From positions 4,885-68,884 of the forward strand of contig CASEYY010000040.1 in assembly GCA_949292335.1 (NCBI GenBank): 64,000 nucleotides of DNA, in the 5' to 3' direction. Below are positions 34,358-43,346 of this stretch, piece by piece. Origin of the DNA: an uncultured Pseudomonadota bacterium. Lineage in GTDB: Bacteria; Pseudomonadota; Alphaproteobacteria; RF32; CAG-239. The notes beneath the pieces were generated by a model. That model searched no databases, was not told the origin of the DNA, and saw only the letters and a program-made list of their open reading frames with translations. The position numbers were made by a program, and so were the translations under genes. Each line of letters begins with the position of its first letter. The first letter of the stretch is position 1.

Positions 34358-35326
34358 TTATATACATCTCATAAGGCTAACAAAAAAATCAGGATTTCTA
34401 TTTTGCTCACTTATAATATCATCTATTCTTTCTTTAGATATTTTACAGTAATCCGCTTCTATTTCAAACCCAATAAATCTTCGATTATTTTCCAAAGCTG
34501 CTATAGCATGTGACCCACTGCCGGTGAATGGATCCAATACCAACTGTCCTTCTTTTGTAAACAACTTAACCAAGTGCGAAATCAGAGCCACCGGTTTAAC
34601 CGTCATATGATCAATTTTGGAAGTTCTCTCCTTCAACCTTGACTGCTTAGAAATCTCAATAATATTTCCTGGAAACATTCCATCTAAAGACTGTTTTGTA
34701 TTAACCAAACCGACATTATACTTAATCCAATTATCAACAAATGTACCTTCTTTAGGTTTTTGAGCCAAAACCATCGGTTCAATTTGCGGCTTAAGTTGCG
34801 GGGTTTTCCAGCCTTTCATATCATTGATAAGTTTCACTTTTTCAACTTCAGAAAATTTATCATTTTTCATCACAAAATGATCCATACTAAAGGCCTTAGC
34901 CTGCCCTTCATACTTCCATCCCATCATATCTCTTATTTCAAATCCTGCATTTTCAAGAGATAAGGCCACTCTGTGATATAAACGAGCCTGAGAAAACACC
35001 ACGCAAAAACCACCAGGCTTAAGTACCCTAATAAACTCCAACGCAATCGGCTCCAAAAACTTTTGCAAATTACGTCCCTGTTGAACATCAAACTTCATAC
35101 CAACCGGAAGTCCACCTATTACTCCAGATTTTGAAGCCTTATTTTTGAGCTTTTTATCATTCCATTTATCATCCATCCCATCTATAAAATACGGAGGATC
35201 GGTTATAATACAGTCGACAGAATTATCTGCCAAAATTTTCAGACCTTCCCGACAATCCATATTATATATTTTGTAGTCAAAACTCATCTCTTTCTCCTTA
35301 CCAAAATTATAAAATGCCATAGCCAT
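34358..35326 (-). CDS. DNA methyltransferase, beta class (N6-adenine or N4-cytosine)
   Basis: Motif IV DPPYF lies near the N-terminus and motif I LDPFTGSGS near the C-terminus. Confidence 0.85.
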   Translation of the reverse strand: MAMAFYNFGKEKEMSFDYKIYNMDCREGLKILADNSVDCIITDPPYFIDGMDDKWNDKKLKNKASKSGVIGGLPVGMKFDVQQGRNLQKFLEPIALEFIRVLKPGGFCVVFSQARLYHRVALSLENAGFEIRDMMGWKYEGQAKAFSMDHFVMKNDKFSEVEKVKLINDMKGWKTPQLKPQIEPMVLAQKPKEGTFVDNWIKYNVGLVNTKQSLDGMFPGNIIEISKQSRLKERTSKIDHMTVKPVALISHLVKLFTKEGQLVLDPFTGSGSHAIAALENNRRFIGFEIEADYCKISKERIDDIISEQNRNPDFFVSLMRCI

Positions 35327-35376
35327 AAAATCAATACAATAACAACAATTTTCATCTAATTTTATAAAACTAAAAA

Positions 35377-35398
35377 CAGCCGCTTGATAAAAGCGGCT
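35377..35398. repeat. 23-nt hairpin element, copy 2 (also the terminator of the lipoprotein gene)
   Basis: cagccgcttgataaaagcggct. The minus strand has a T-run after it. Confidence 0.85.
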
Positions 35399-35403
35399 TT
35401 ACT

Positions 35404-35982
35404 TTAATTTTTCATCAGAGTTTCCAAGAGTTGAAGTTCGTCGGTTGAAGCCATAACTGTTTGCAATAGTTGGTTTTCGGGAATTTTGGTAAGCTCCGAT
35501 AATGCGGCAATATAATCCTGTTTGTTGCCAGAGTAAGCTTCTTCCAAAAGGTTGTCATAGGTAAACAACACATAGCGGCGAATATTGCGTTGTGTTTCAT
35601 AATCCAAGGCTTCAGCTCTGGTCATATTTTCTTTTTCCATATCAAAATAGAGACGGTCATTGCGGTAGTGCCACACACTTCCGGTTAATGCATCGGTACT
35701 CCAACTATAAAGTCCGATAAGATTAAAATACGAGGTTCGGTTAACCGATGATCTGATAGAAATCACTCGGTCTTTATATCCGTTTTTGCGAGCGATAATT
35801 TGCACGGAATCTGCACTTCTATTAACGGTAAAAGCACACGGAGCGGTACATTCTTCGATACCGTCGACATAAATTTTAACTCCTTTGACATTAGATTCGC
35901 AGTTAATTTGTTGAGTAGTACCGCTAAAGATAGTTCCGCAAGCAGAGAGAAAGATTACGGCCAAGCAAATAAATTTTTTCAT
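35404..35982 (-). CDS. Lipoprotein of unknown function
   Basis: Signal peptide plus the lipobox LSAC. Confidence 0.65.
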   Translation of the reverse strand: MKKFICLAVIFLSACGTIFSGTTQQINCESNVKGVKIYVDGIEECTAPCAFTVNRSADSVQIIARKNGYKDRVISIRSSVNRTSYFNLIGLYSWSTDALTGSVWHYRNDRLYFDMEKENMTRAEALDYETQRNIRRYVLFTYDNLLEEAYSGNKQDYIAALSELTKIPENQLLQTVMASTDELQLLETLMKN

Positions 35983-36016
35983 TATCCAAACATCCTTTTT
36001 ATTGTTGTTACATTAT

Positions 36017-36228
36017 AAAAAAGCCCGCTATTAAAGGCGGGCGGATGTTCAGAAACCGTATTATACCAGACGGCTCGGCTTATTTGGCCGAAACCTTATT
36101 CGCCGACATCCACCCTCATTCAAGGCTGTATGTCGGCATAAATATTTTAAGTCATAATGCCAAATGACTGGTATAATATAGGGTTTCTGACGCCCTAGGT
36201 GCGTAATTATCCAACACACCCACCCCTA
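36017..36228 (-). ncRNA. Structured RNA of unknown class (riboswitch-like leader or sRNA)
   Basis: It has its own promoter (36229-36256), a long imperfect closing duplex, three internal hairpins, and a terminal intrinsic terminator gcccgc/gcgggc plus T6 at 36017-36042. Confidence 0.45.
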
Positions 36229-36256
36229 AGTTAAAAAATTTTTGCTCTCTTGGCAA
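36229..36256 (-). promoter_or_regulatory. Promoter of the structured RNA
   Basis: Minus strand reads TTGCCA, a 16-nt spacer, then TTAACT. Confidence 0.4.
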
Positions 36257-36270
36257 GACTTATTTTCTAC

Positions 36271-36299
36271 AAAAAACAGCCGCTTTTATCAAGCGGCTG
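36271..36299 (-). terminator. pheT terminator; this is the 23-nt hairpin element copy 3 (inverted)
   Basis: Exact reverse complement of copy 1, followed on the minus strand by a T6 run. Confidence 0.8.
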
Positions 36300-36323
36300 T
36301 CAGAGTTTAACAAGAGTTCAAGC

Positions 36324-38714
36324 TTAGGCATCACGCAAAACGGCATTGCATTTGGCTTTTGCCGCCTGCTCAACCTTTGCCATCAGAGTTTCAATGTCCT
36401 GATCGCTAAAGGTAGCCTCTTGCGGCTGGAAAGTCAGGCTCAAAGCAATAGACTTTTTGCCTGCTTCCATATTCTCGCCCTCATACACATCAAATACTCT
36501 GACATCGGTAATAAATCTGCGATCGGCATTCTTGGCCGCTGCCACCAAATCATCTGCCTTAACCGACTTATCAACGATAAATGCCATATCTTTATCTATC
36601 GGCTGGAATGCCGAAAGTTCCAATTTCTTTTTGGCTTTACCGTTGGCATTACGCGGCAGAGGAATATTGTCAACCAAAACCTCAAATGCACAAACTCTCT
36701 GCTTAATGCCGAATTTTTTCAAAATTGACGGGTGCAATTCACCAAAATAAGCAATGACATTATTACCCAAACGCAAAGCCCCGCTTCTGCCCGGATGGTA
36801 GTATTCCGGTGCATCGAGTGAAATTCTGGCACTGTCGAAAGGTCCGTTTGCCGCGGCAATGGCAGCCATGGCATCAGCCTTAACATCAAACACATCAAAA
36901 TTGCGTTCGTCTTTAAGCCAATGTTTTTTACCAGTCATACCGCAACGCACACCGGCAGCAACCAAACGCTGTTCCCCCGGCTTGCGACCAAAAAATTCCG
37001 GCCCGGCTTCAAATAAAGAAACATCGGAATATCCTCGTGCCATGTTGTTTTTGATACCGATTAACAAATTAATCAAAACCGAAGGACGCATCTCATCAAG
37101 CTCGGCCGTAATCGGATTACATACCGGCACCGGCTGATTTCCTTTGCGGAAATATTGTGCCAATTTTGAATCGGTAAAGCTCCAGGTAACCGTCTCCAAC
37201 AAACCGTGAGAAGCCAGTTCATGTTTGATTGTAACCACTCTTCTCTGCTCCGGCTGTAAGGTCTGAACCGGAAAATAAGCCTTAGGCATTGACTCGGCCG
37301 GCACATTGTCCAAGCCCCACATTCTGACAACTTCTTCAATCAAATCATGCTCGCCTTCAATATCTCCGCGCCATGTCGGCGAAGTTGCCCATATTTTATC
37401 GCCGTCTTGTTTGGTTTCAAAACCCAAACGGTTCAAAATATCAATAATTTTACCCTCCGGAATTTCTACACCGATAAAAGACTTCACTCTTTGCGGCCGA
37501 ATAAATGTCGTAACCGGTTGATAATTTTCCTCACCGGCAATTTCAATTTCCGAAGCCTCGCCGCCGCAAATTTGCAAAATTAATTGTGTTGCATATTCCG
37601 AACCCAAAACATTGGAATTAGGATCAACCCATCTTTCATAGCGATAACGAGAATCCGAATCAATCTGGAATTTGCGACCCGTACGAGCAATGCAGACCGG
37701 TGCAAACAAAGCACTCTCCAGCAATACATTAACCGTATCCTCAGAGCAGCCTTTGGCATTTCCACCCATAATACCGCCCAAGCACTGTACTCCTTCGTCA
37801 TCGCAAATACCCAAAGACTTATCATCAAGGCTGTATTCTTTGTCTTCCAACGAAACAAATTTTTCGCCGTTCTTTGCCATTCTAACGCAAATATCACCTT
37901 TGAGTTTGTCGGCATCAAAGACATGCAACGGTCTGGCCATATCGTAGTTAATATAGTTGGTGATATCAACCAACGGCGAGATTGAACGCAAACCGATGGC
38001 ATTTAAGCGATCTCTCATCCATTTCGGAGTTTCGGCTTTATTATTAACCCCTTTGATATATCTTGCGGTATAAACCGGACAAGCTTCAAAATCTTCAACT
38101 TTAACTTTAATCGGTGAAGAGAAGGTGCTGTTTTGCTTGGTGATATTCAAAGGTTTTAATTTGCCTAGACCGGCCGCGGCCAAATCTCTGGCCACTCCGC
38201 GAACACCCAAACACTCCGCACGATTCGGTGTTATCGAAATATCAAATACCGGATCAGCCTTATAAACTTCGGCCAGAGTTAAACCTATCGGAGCATTAGC
38301 CGGCAATTCGATAATTCCCTGATGATCGGTACCGACCCCGATTTCGTCTTCGGCACACATCATACCGAAACTTTCAACACCTCTGACCTTACCCACTTTG
38401 ATTTTTTCGCCAAACAACGGAATATATGCACCGACATGCGCCAAAATTCCCATCATACCTTTCTTCACATTGGGAGCTCCGCACACAATCTGCAAAATCT
38501 TTTCACCGTCATTAACCCTCAACACATGCAAGTGATCGGAATCCGGATGATCTTCCACTTCCTCTACTCTTGCCGTAACAAAACCTTCCATATTTTCAAA
38601 CGGATTGATAACTTCTTCAACTTCCAAACCGATTTTGGTCAAAGTCTCGGCAATTTGTTCAACACTTGCCTCGGTATCCAAATGTTCTTTTAACCAAGAT
38701 AATGTAAACTTCAT
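36324..38714 (-). CDS. pheT: Phenylalanine--tRNA ligase beta subunit
   Basis: 796 aa with the N-terminal MKFTLSWLKEHL signature; directly after pheS. Confidence 0.95.
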   Translation of the reverse strand: MKFTLSWLKEHLDTEASVEQIAETLTKIGLEVEEVINPFENMEGFVTARVEEVEDHPDSDHLHVLRVNDGEKILQIVCGAPNVKKGMMGILAHVGAYIPLFGEKIKVGKVRGVESFGMMCAEDEIGVGTDHQGIIELPANAPIGLTLAEVYKADPVFDISITPNRAECLGVRGVARDLAAAGLGKLKPLNITKQNSTFSSPIKVKVEDFEACPVYTARYIKGVNNKAETPKWMRDRLNAIGLRSISPLVDITNYINYDMARPLHVFDADKLKGDICVRMAKNGEKFVSLEDKEYSLDDKSLGICDDEGVQCLGGIMGGNAKGCSEDTVNVLLESALFAPVCIARTGRKFQIDSDSRYRYERWVDPNSNVLGSEYATQLILQICGGEASEIEIAGEENYQPVTTFIRPQRVKSFIGVEIPEGKIIDILNRLGFETKQDGDKIWATSPTWRGDIEGEHDLIEEVVRMWGLDNVPAESMPKAYFPVQTLQPEQRRVVTIKHELASHGLLETVTWSFTDSKLAQYFRKGNQPVPVCNPITAELDEMRPSVLINLLIGIKNNMARGYSDVSLFEAGPEFFGRKPGEQRLVAAGVRCGMTGKKHWLKDERNFDVFDVKADAMAAIAAANGPFDSARISLDAPEYYHPGRSGALRLGNNVIAYFGELHPSILKKFGIKQRVCAFEVLVDNIPLPRNANGKAKKKLELSAFQPIDKDMAFIVDKSVKADDLVAAAKNADRRFITDVRVFDVYEGENMEAGKKSIALSLTFQPQEATFSDQDIETLMAKVEQAAKAKCNAVLRDA

Positions 38715-38724
38715 CTCAACTCTC

Positions 38725-39828
38725 CTATCTTGCCAATCCGCCGTTGTTGCTCAATCCTCCGGTCATGGAAGATTCGTCCAAAGGCATAAATCCATAGTGT
38801 TTAAGCCATCTCACATCCGATTCAAAGAAGGTACGCAAATCAGGAATCCCGTATTTAAGCATGGCCAAACGATCCAACCCCATACCAAAAGCAAAGCCCT
38901 GATATTCATCAGGATCAATTCCGCAAGCTTTCAAAACATTGGGGTGTACCATTCCGCAACCCAAAATCTCCAGCCAGTCATCACCGGCACCGATTTTAAG
39001 CTCGGTTTTTGACTTTTTGCAACCGATATCCATTTCGGCCGACGGTTCGGTAAACGGGAAATATGACGGTCGATATCTCACCGGAATATTATCCAGCTCA
39101 AAGAAAGCCTTTACAAAGTCATACAAACAGCCTTTGAGGTTTGCAAAAGTGGTGGTTTTATCAACAACCAAGCCCTCAACCTGATGGAACATCGGAGTAT
39201 GAGTTGCATCATAATCCGAACGATAAGTTCTTCCCGGAGCAATAATTCTTATCGGCGGCTGTTTTTTCTCCATGGTTCTGATTTGTACGGCCGAAGTTTG
39301 AGTCCTGACCACATAACTGTCATCAAAATTATCACTTTCGGGGTTAACGATATAAAAAGTATCTTGCATTTGTCTGGCCGGATGATTAGCCGGAGTATTC
39401 AAAGCATTAAAATTGTGGAACTGATCTTCGATATCCGGACCGTCGGCAACTTCAAAACCCATTTCGCCGAAAATAGCTACCACTTCTTCATAGATTTTAG
39501 AAACCGGATGGATTCTGCCGATATTTTCTTCTCTTATGGGCAAAGTAACATCAATAGTTTCATTTTTGAGTTTTTCGTTGAGCTCTTTTTCGGCCAATTC
39601 TTGTTTTTTGGCATCCAAAGCGGTTTCTATTTCGCATTTAACGGCATTTAGTTTTTGCCCCATAACTTTTTTTGCCTCAACATCGAGCAGAGCCAGCCCT
39701 TTCATTTGCTCGGTAATAAAACCTTTTTTGCCGGTTGCAGCCACCTTAATTTCATCCAAAGTTTTCACATCTGCCGCGGCGGCAATTTGTTCCAAAGCAG
39801 CAGATTTAAGATTATCAAGATTTTCCAT
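38725..39828 (-). CDS. pheS: Phenylalanine--tRNA ligase alpha subunit
   Basis: Class II motifs including FRPSYFPFTEPS and GFAFGMGLDRLAML. Confidence 0.95.
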   Translation of the reverse strand: MENLDNLKSAALEQIAAAADVKTLDEIKVAATGKKGFITEQMKGLALLDVEAKKVMGQKLNAVKCEIETALDAKKQELAEKELNEKLKNETIDVTLPIREENIGRIHPVSKIYEEVVAIFGEMGFEVADGPDIEDQFHNFNALNTPANHPARQMQDTFYIVNPESDNFDDSYVVRTQTSAVQIRTMEKKQPPIRIIAPGRTYRSDYDATHTPMFHQVEGLVVDKTTTFANLKGCLYDFVKAFFELDNIPVRYRPSYFPFTEPSAEMDIGCKKSKTELKIGAGDDWLEILGCGMVHPNVLKACGIDPDEYQGFAFGMGLDRLAMLKYGIPDLRTFFESDVRWLKHYGFMPLDESSMTGGLSNNGGLAR

Positions 39829-39845
39829 TATTCCACACCATAAAA

Positions 39846-39893
39846 TTTAAAAAATGAAAAGAGTCTTACTTGTTTTCACAAGCTTGACTCTTT
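39846..39893 (-). terminator. Hairpin plus T-run between rplT and pheS (terminator/attenuator)
   Basis: Minus strand has aaagagtc...gactcttt with an inner cttgt/acaag helix, then tcatttttt. Confidence 0.45.
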
Positions 39894-39917
39894 TTACATT
39901 TTTGCATTTCCAAAAAA

Positions 39918-40277
39918 TTATTTGCTCAAAGAAGCCTTAACTTGCTCAACAAGCTTAGTGAAAGTTTCGGGCTCTTTAACAGCGATATCGGCCAACACTT
40001 TACGATCAAGCTCAATACCAGCTTTGGTGAGCCCGCTCATAAATCGAGAATAGGTCATATCGTGCAATCTTGCAGCAGCATTGATGCGTTGGATCCACAA
40101 GCTGCGGAAATTTCTTTTTTTGGTTCTTCTGTCGCGATAAGCATATTGCAAAGCCTTTTCAACTTTTTCAACAGCAACGCGGAAAACATTTTTATTGCGG
40201 CCACGATAACCTTTAGCCATCGAGAGCACTTTTTTGTGACGGGCGTGAGCCGTAACACCTCTTTTTACGCGAGACAT
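39918..40277 (-). CDS. rplT: 50S ribosomal protein L20
   Basis: [18 protein letters not shown]... signature. Confidence 0.95.
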   Translation of the reverse strand: MSRVKRGVTAHARHKKVLSMAKGYRGRNKNVFRVAVEKVEKALQYAYRDRRTKKRNFRSLWIQRINAAARLHDMTYSRFMSGLTKAGIELDRKVLADIAVKEPETFTKLVEQVKASLSK

Positions 40278-40290
40278 CTTCTATCAACTC

Positions 40291-40488
40291 CTACAAATAA
40301 GGTAAAAACTGTTTAACGATCTGAACATCGGAAGCGGCAACCAAAGTAGTTCCGCGAGCCTGTCTTTTCATTTTTTGAGTTTTGCAGAAGAGGCAGTGTC
40401 TCTTGTAAGCAAAATTTCTTTTCAATTTACCGGTACCGGTAACGCCGAAACGTTTTTTAACGGCACTTTTAGTTTTTAATTTTGGCAT
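40291..40488 (-). CDS. rpmI: 50S ribosomal protein L35
   Basis: MPKLKTKSAVKKRF signature. The start is trimmed from the track's 40503. Confidence 0.9.
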   Translation of the reverse strand: MPKLKTKSAVKKRFGVTGTGKLKRNFAYKRHCLFCKTQKMKRQARGTTLVAASDVQIVKQFLPYL

Positions 40489-40592
40489 TTTAATCCCTTT
40501 CAAAAAACATGGATTTTATTTAGAGCTGACAGGCATACCAACAGCCCGCCCGCTCGGTTCGTTCTGGGTTATATTACAAAACTCTCTCAAAA

Positions 40593-41237
40593 TCAAGCAT
40601 TTTTTGCAGTATTTTTTACTTTTTTTGTCGCTGTCTTTTTTGCCGCAACTTTAGCTTTAGGTTTAGTGTCTTTTTTTGCAGCTGTTTTTTTAATCACGGG
40701 ATTTTTAACAACTTTTTTAGTTGATTTCACATTTTTTTGTGCCGCCGCAACATCGACAACTTCATTTTTTACCTCTGATGTTATCAGCTTAAATCTCTTG
40801 TCCAACTTTCCGGCCACCGATCTTCTGGCCAACAGAAAGCACAAAGCTGCCAAAAATGTAATTATGGCAAGAAGTTGACGCCAGTTGGTAAACACGATTA
40901 TTCCCTGGAATAAATAAAGCATTTGATATTCATATTCCGGACCCGCCCAAATTATAACAAAAGCAGTCATAACGCTGATGACATAGACCGCACCGATAAC
41001 ATAAGGCACCCACCCTATAGATACCAACAAAGTTGAAATTACGGGGAATTTGTTGATTAAGGCATCGATTTTCTTTATCGGTTTAAGCCAATTCATCACC
41101 AACAAGAACACCAACATCACCACTGACAAAAAGGCATCGATCATACTGGCGGCAACCGTCCCTATCCACATAAACAACAAAGATACAAGCCAGTAAAGGC
41201 CGCCTATCCATAAACTTTGCTTCCAATAAACACTCAT
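40593..41237 (-). CDS. Multi-pass membrane protein with a Lys/Ala-rich (histone H1-like) C-terminal tail
   Basis: About 5 hydrophobic segments, then KKVVKNPVIKKTAAKKDTKPKAKVAAKKTATKKVKN. Confidence 0.55.
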   Translation of the reverse strand: MSVYWKQSLWIGGLYWLVSLLFMWIGTVAASMIDAFLSVVMLVFLLVMNWLKPIKKIDALINKFPVISTLLVSIGWVPYVIGAVYVISVMTAFVIIWAGPEYEYQMLYLFQGIIVFTNWRQLLAIITFLAALCFLLARRSVAGKLDKRFKLITSEVKNEVVDVAAAQKNVKSTKKVVKNPVIKKTAAKKDTKPKAKVAAKKTATKKVKNTAKNA

Positions 41238-41246
41238 TTTTTTCTC

Positions 41247-41969
41247 CTAATAAAAATTTTTATCACTTACAAATTTCTCTGCCCGCATATCAATCAATTT
41301 TCCGCCTTCAAGCTTAATTTTCCTATCCATTCTATCGGCCAAATCCAAATTATGCGTAGCAATCAAAGCACTCAGACCTGTTTCTTTAACCACCGCCAAA
41401 AGCTCGGCAAAAACAATCTCTGAAGTTTTGGGATCCAAATTTCCGGTCGGTTCATCCGCCAACAACAACCGCGGAGCATTTGCCAAGGCTCTGGCAATAG
41501 CCACCCTCTGCTGCTCACCGCCCGACATTTCGGCCGGACGATGCTTAAATCTTCTCTCCAGCCCCATTTTTTTCAACAACCACTTGGCTTTTTCTTCGGC
41601 TTCTCTATATTTCACACCGGCAATCAGTTGCGGAATCATCACATTTTCCAAAGCATCAAAATCGGCCAACAAGTTATGATATTGGTACACAAACCCCAAA
41701 TAATCGCGTCGCAAGGTTGTCCGCACCGTATCACCGAGTTTTGAACAATTTTGCCCGTTAAGATATATGTCCCCTTTGGTTGGTTTTTCCAAAAGTCCCG
41801 CAATTTGCAATAAAGTAGACTTTCCCGAGCCTGACGGCCCCGTCAAAGCCACTATTTCGCCCTTTTCCAATTCCAAATTCACCTCACGCAGTACCTGCAA
41901 GTTTTGCGAACCCTGCTTGAATGAGCGGTATACATTCTTAAGTTCCAATACCGGAGCCAGATTATTCAT
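41247..41969 (-). CDS. lolD: Lipoprotein-releasing ABC transporter ATP-binding protein
   Basis: Walker A GPSGSGKST, signature MSGGEQQR, Walker B LLLADEPT. Start set at MNNLAPVLEL, overlapping the lolE stop. Confidence 0.85.
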   Translation of the reverse strand: MNNLAPVLELKNVYRSFKQGSQNLQVLREVNLELEKGEIVALTGPSGSGKSTLLQIAGLLEKPTKGDIYLNGQNCSKLGDTVRTTLRRDYLGFVYQYHNLLADFDALENVMIPQLIAGVKYREAEEKAKWLLKKMGLERRFKHRPAEMSGGEQQRVAIARALANAPRLLLADEPTGNLDPKTSEIVFAELLAVVKETGLSALIATHNLDLADRMDRKIKLEGGKLIDMRAEKFVSDKNFY

Positions 41970-43209
41970 AACGCAACGCCTCCACCGGATCAAACTTTGC
42001 GGCACGCCACGACGGATACAAAGTGGCCACAAAAGACAACAACAACGAAATCAGCACGATGGAAGAAACTTCCGTAACATCAACTTTTGCCGGCAGTTTA
42101 GATAAGAAATAAATTTCGGCCGAAAACAAATCGCGTCCCAAAAGGGTTTGCAATCCTTGTCTGATTTCTTCAATATTATCACAAAACAACAATCCCAGTG
42201 CCAAACCGAGCAAAGTTCCAACCACACCGATAAAAGCTCCGTCCATAAAGAATATCCGCATAATCATTCCTTTAGTGGCTCCCATGGTTCTCAACACGGC
42301 CACATCTCTGCCCTTGTCTTTAACCAGCATAATTAAGCCGGTAATGATGTTAAATGCAGCCACCAAGATAATGAGAGTTAAAATAATAAACATAACATTT
42401 CTTTCTACCTCAATGGCATTAAAGAACGCGGCATTACTCTGTTTCCAATCATAGATATAAGCTCCGCCGCCCAAACTTTTAGCCAGAGCCTCGCGAACCA
42501 AAGTTAAATATTTATCGTCATCAATGGTTACATCAATATTGGTAACCGCACCGCGTAACCCGAAATAAGTTTGTGCCGTATCCAAAGGCATAAAAATAAA
42601 ATTGGCATCATATTCATACATTCCCGAATCAAACAATCCTACTACCTGATAAGATTTCATTCTCGGAACCGTACCAAATGCCGTAACCTTACCGTTGGGG
42701 GATAATAAGGTTATTTTATCACCTTCGGTCACCCCCATTTTGCGAGCCAGTCTTATACCGACAATTACCTTATCGCCCTCAAAATAATCCATATCTACTT
42801 TTTCAACAGCCTTAGCCAAGGCCGGCTTTTTCATAATATCTTCGGGCTTAATACCTCTGACCATAGCTCCTTCGGCCGCTTTTCCGGCCGTAACCAAAAG
42901 CTGATTTTCAATCATCGGTATAACCAAAGTAATATGCTCGATATCGGCAATTTCTTTTATTGCCGCCTCATAATTATTAAAAGGATATGAGCTCGGAGCC
43001 ATAATTCCGATATGTCCGTTAATCCCTAATATCCTACCCAGCAACTCTTGCCTAAATCCATTCATCACGCTCATAACGATAATCAGGGTTGCCACACCCA
43101 GTGCAATACCGGTAAAGGCAAAACCGGTTATCACCGAAATAAAGCCTTCTTTGCGTTTAGCCCGCAGATATCTTCCGGCCAGCATTCTTTCAAATTTTGA
43201 AAACATCAT
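41962..43209 (-). CDS. lolE: Lipoprotein-releasing ABC transporter permease (LolC/E family)
   Basis: 415-aa FtsX-like permease with the MacB-type periplasmic domain pattern, upstream of lolD. Confidence 0.85.
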   Translation of the reverse strand: MMFSKFERMLAGRYLRAKRKEGFISVITGFAFTGIALGVATLIIVMSVMNGFRQELLGRILGINGHIGIMAPSSYPFNNYEAAIKEIADIEHITLVIPMIENQLLVTAGKAAEGAMVRGIKPEDIMKKPALAKAVEKVDMDYFEGDKVIVGIRLARKMGVTEGDKITLLSPNGKVTAFGTVPRMKSYQVVGLFDSGMYEYDANFIFMPLDTAQTYFGLRGAVTNIDVTIDDDKYLTLVREALAKSLGGGAYIYDWKQSNAAFFNAIEVERNVMFIILTLIILVAAFNIITGLIMLVKDKGRDVAVLRTMGATKGMIMRIFFMDGAFIGVVGTLLGLALGLLFCDNIEEIRQGLQTLLGRDLFSAEIYFLSKLPAKVDVTEVSSIVLISLLLSFVATLYPSWRAAKFDPVEALRYE

Positions 43210-43294
43210 CTTTTAAGGTAATCCCTTTCACAATTATTTATCATCAGTTATATTACCTCTGCCCCAAACTTACAAGTAACAAGGCCGACTTATA

Positions 43295-43335
43295 CAAAAA
43301 AAACTCCGCCGATTTACTATGCGGAGTTTTTATTA
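43295..43335. terminator. Bidirectional intrinsic terminator
   Basis: An A8 run, actccgc...gcggagt, then a T5 run. Confidence 0.7.
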
Positions 43336-43346
43336 CTAAAATACCA

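Noticed and set aside
36017-36228. The structured RNA as 6S RNA, SRP RNA or RNase P RNA
   Set aside because: 6S RNA should be a single rod with a central bubble, not a multi-hairpin junction. No SRP domain IV motif is seen. The element is far too short for RNase P. It is kept as unknown class.
33540-36299. The hairpin-bounded cassettes as integron cassettes with attC sites
   Set aside because: The hairpins are only 23 nt and lack GTTRRRY-type core sites. One copy is inverted, and no intI is present in the window.
39829-39917. A pheM-like leader-peptide attenuator upstream of pheS
   Set aside because: The only small ORF here (MQKCKKSQACENK) contains no Phe codons. Only a hairpin plus T-run is supported.
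40504-40592. An L20-binding leader upstream of rpmI, and an S6:S18-binding leader upstream of rpsF (58602-58720)
   Set aside because: Promoter-like elements and hairpins are visible. I cannot verify the specific rRNA-mimic motifs by eye, so they are not annotated.
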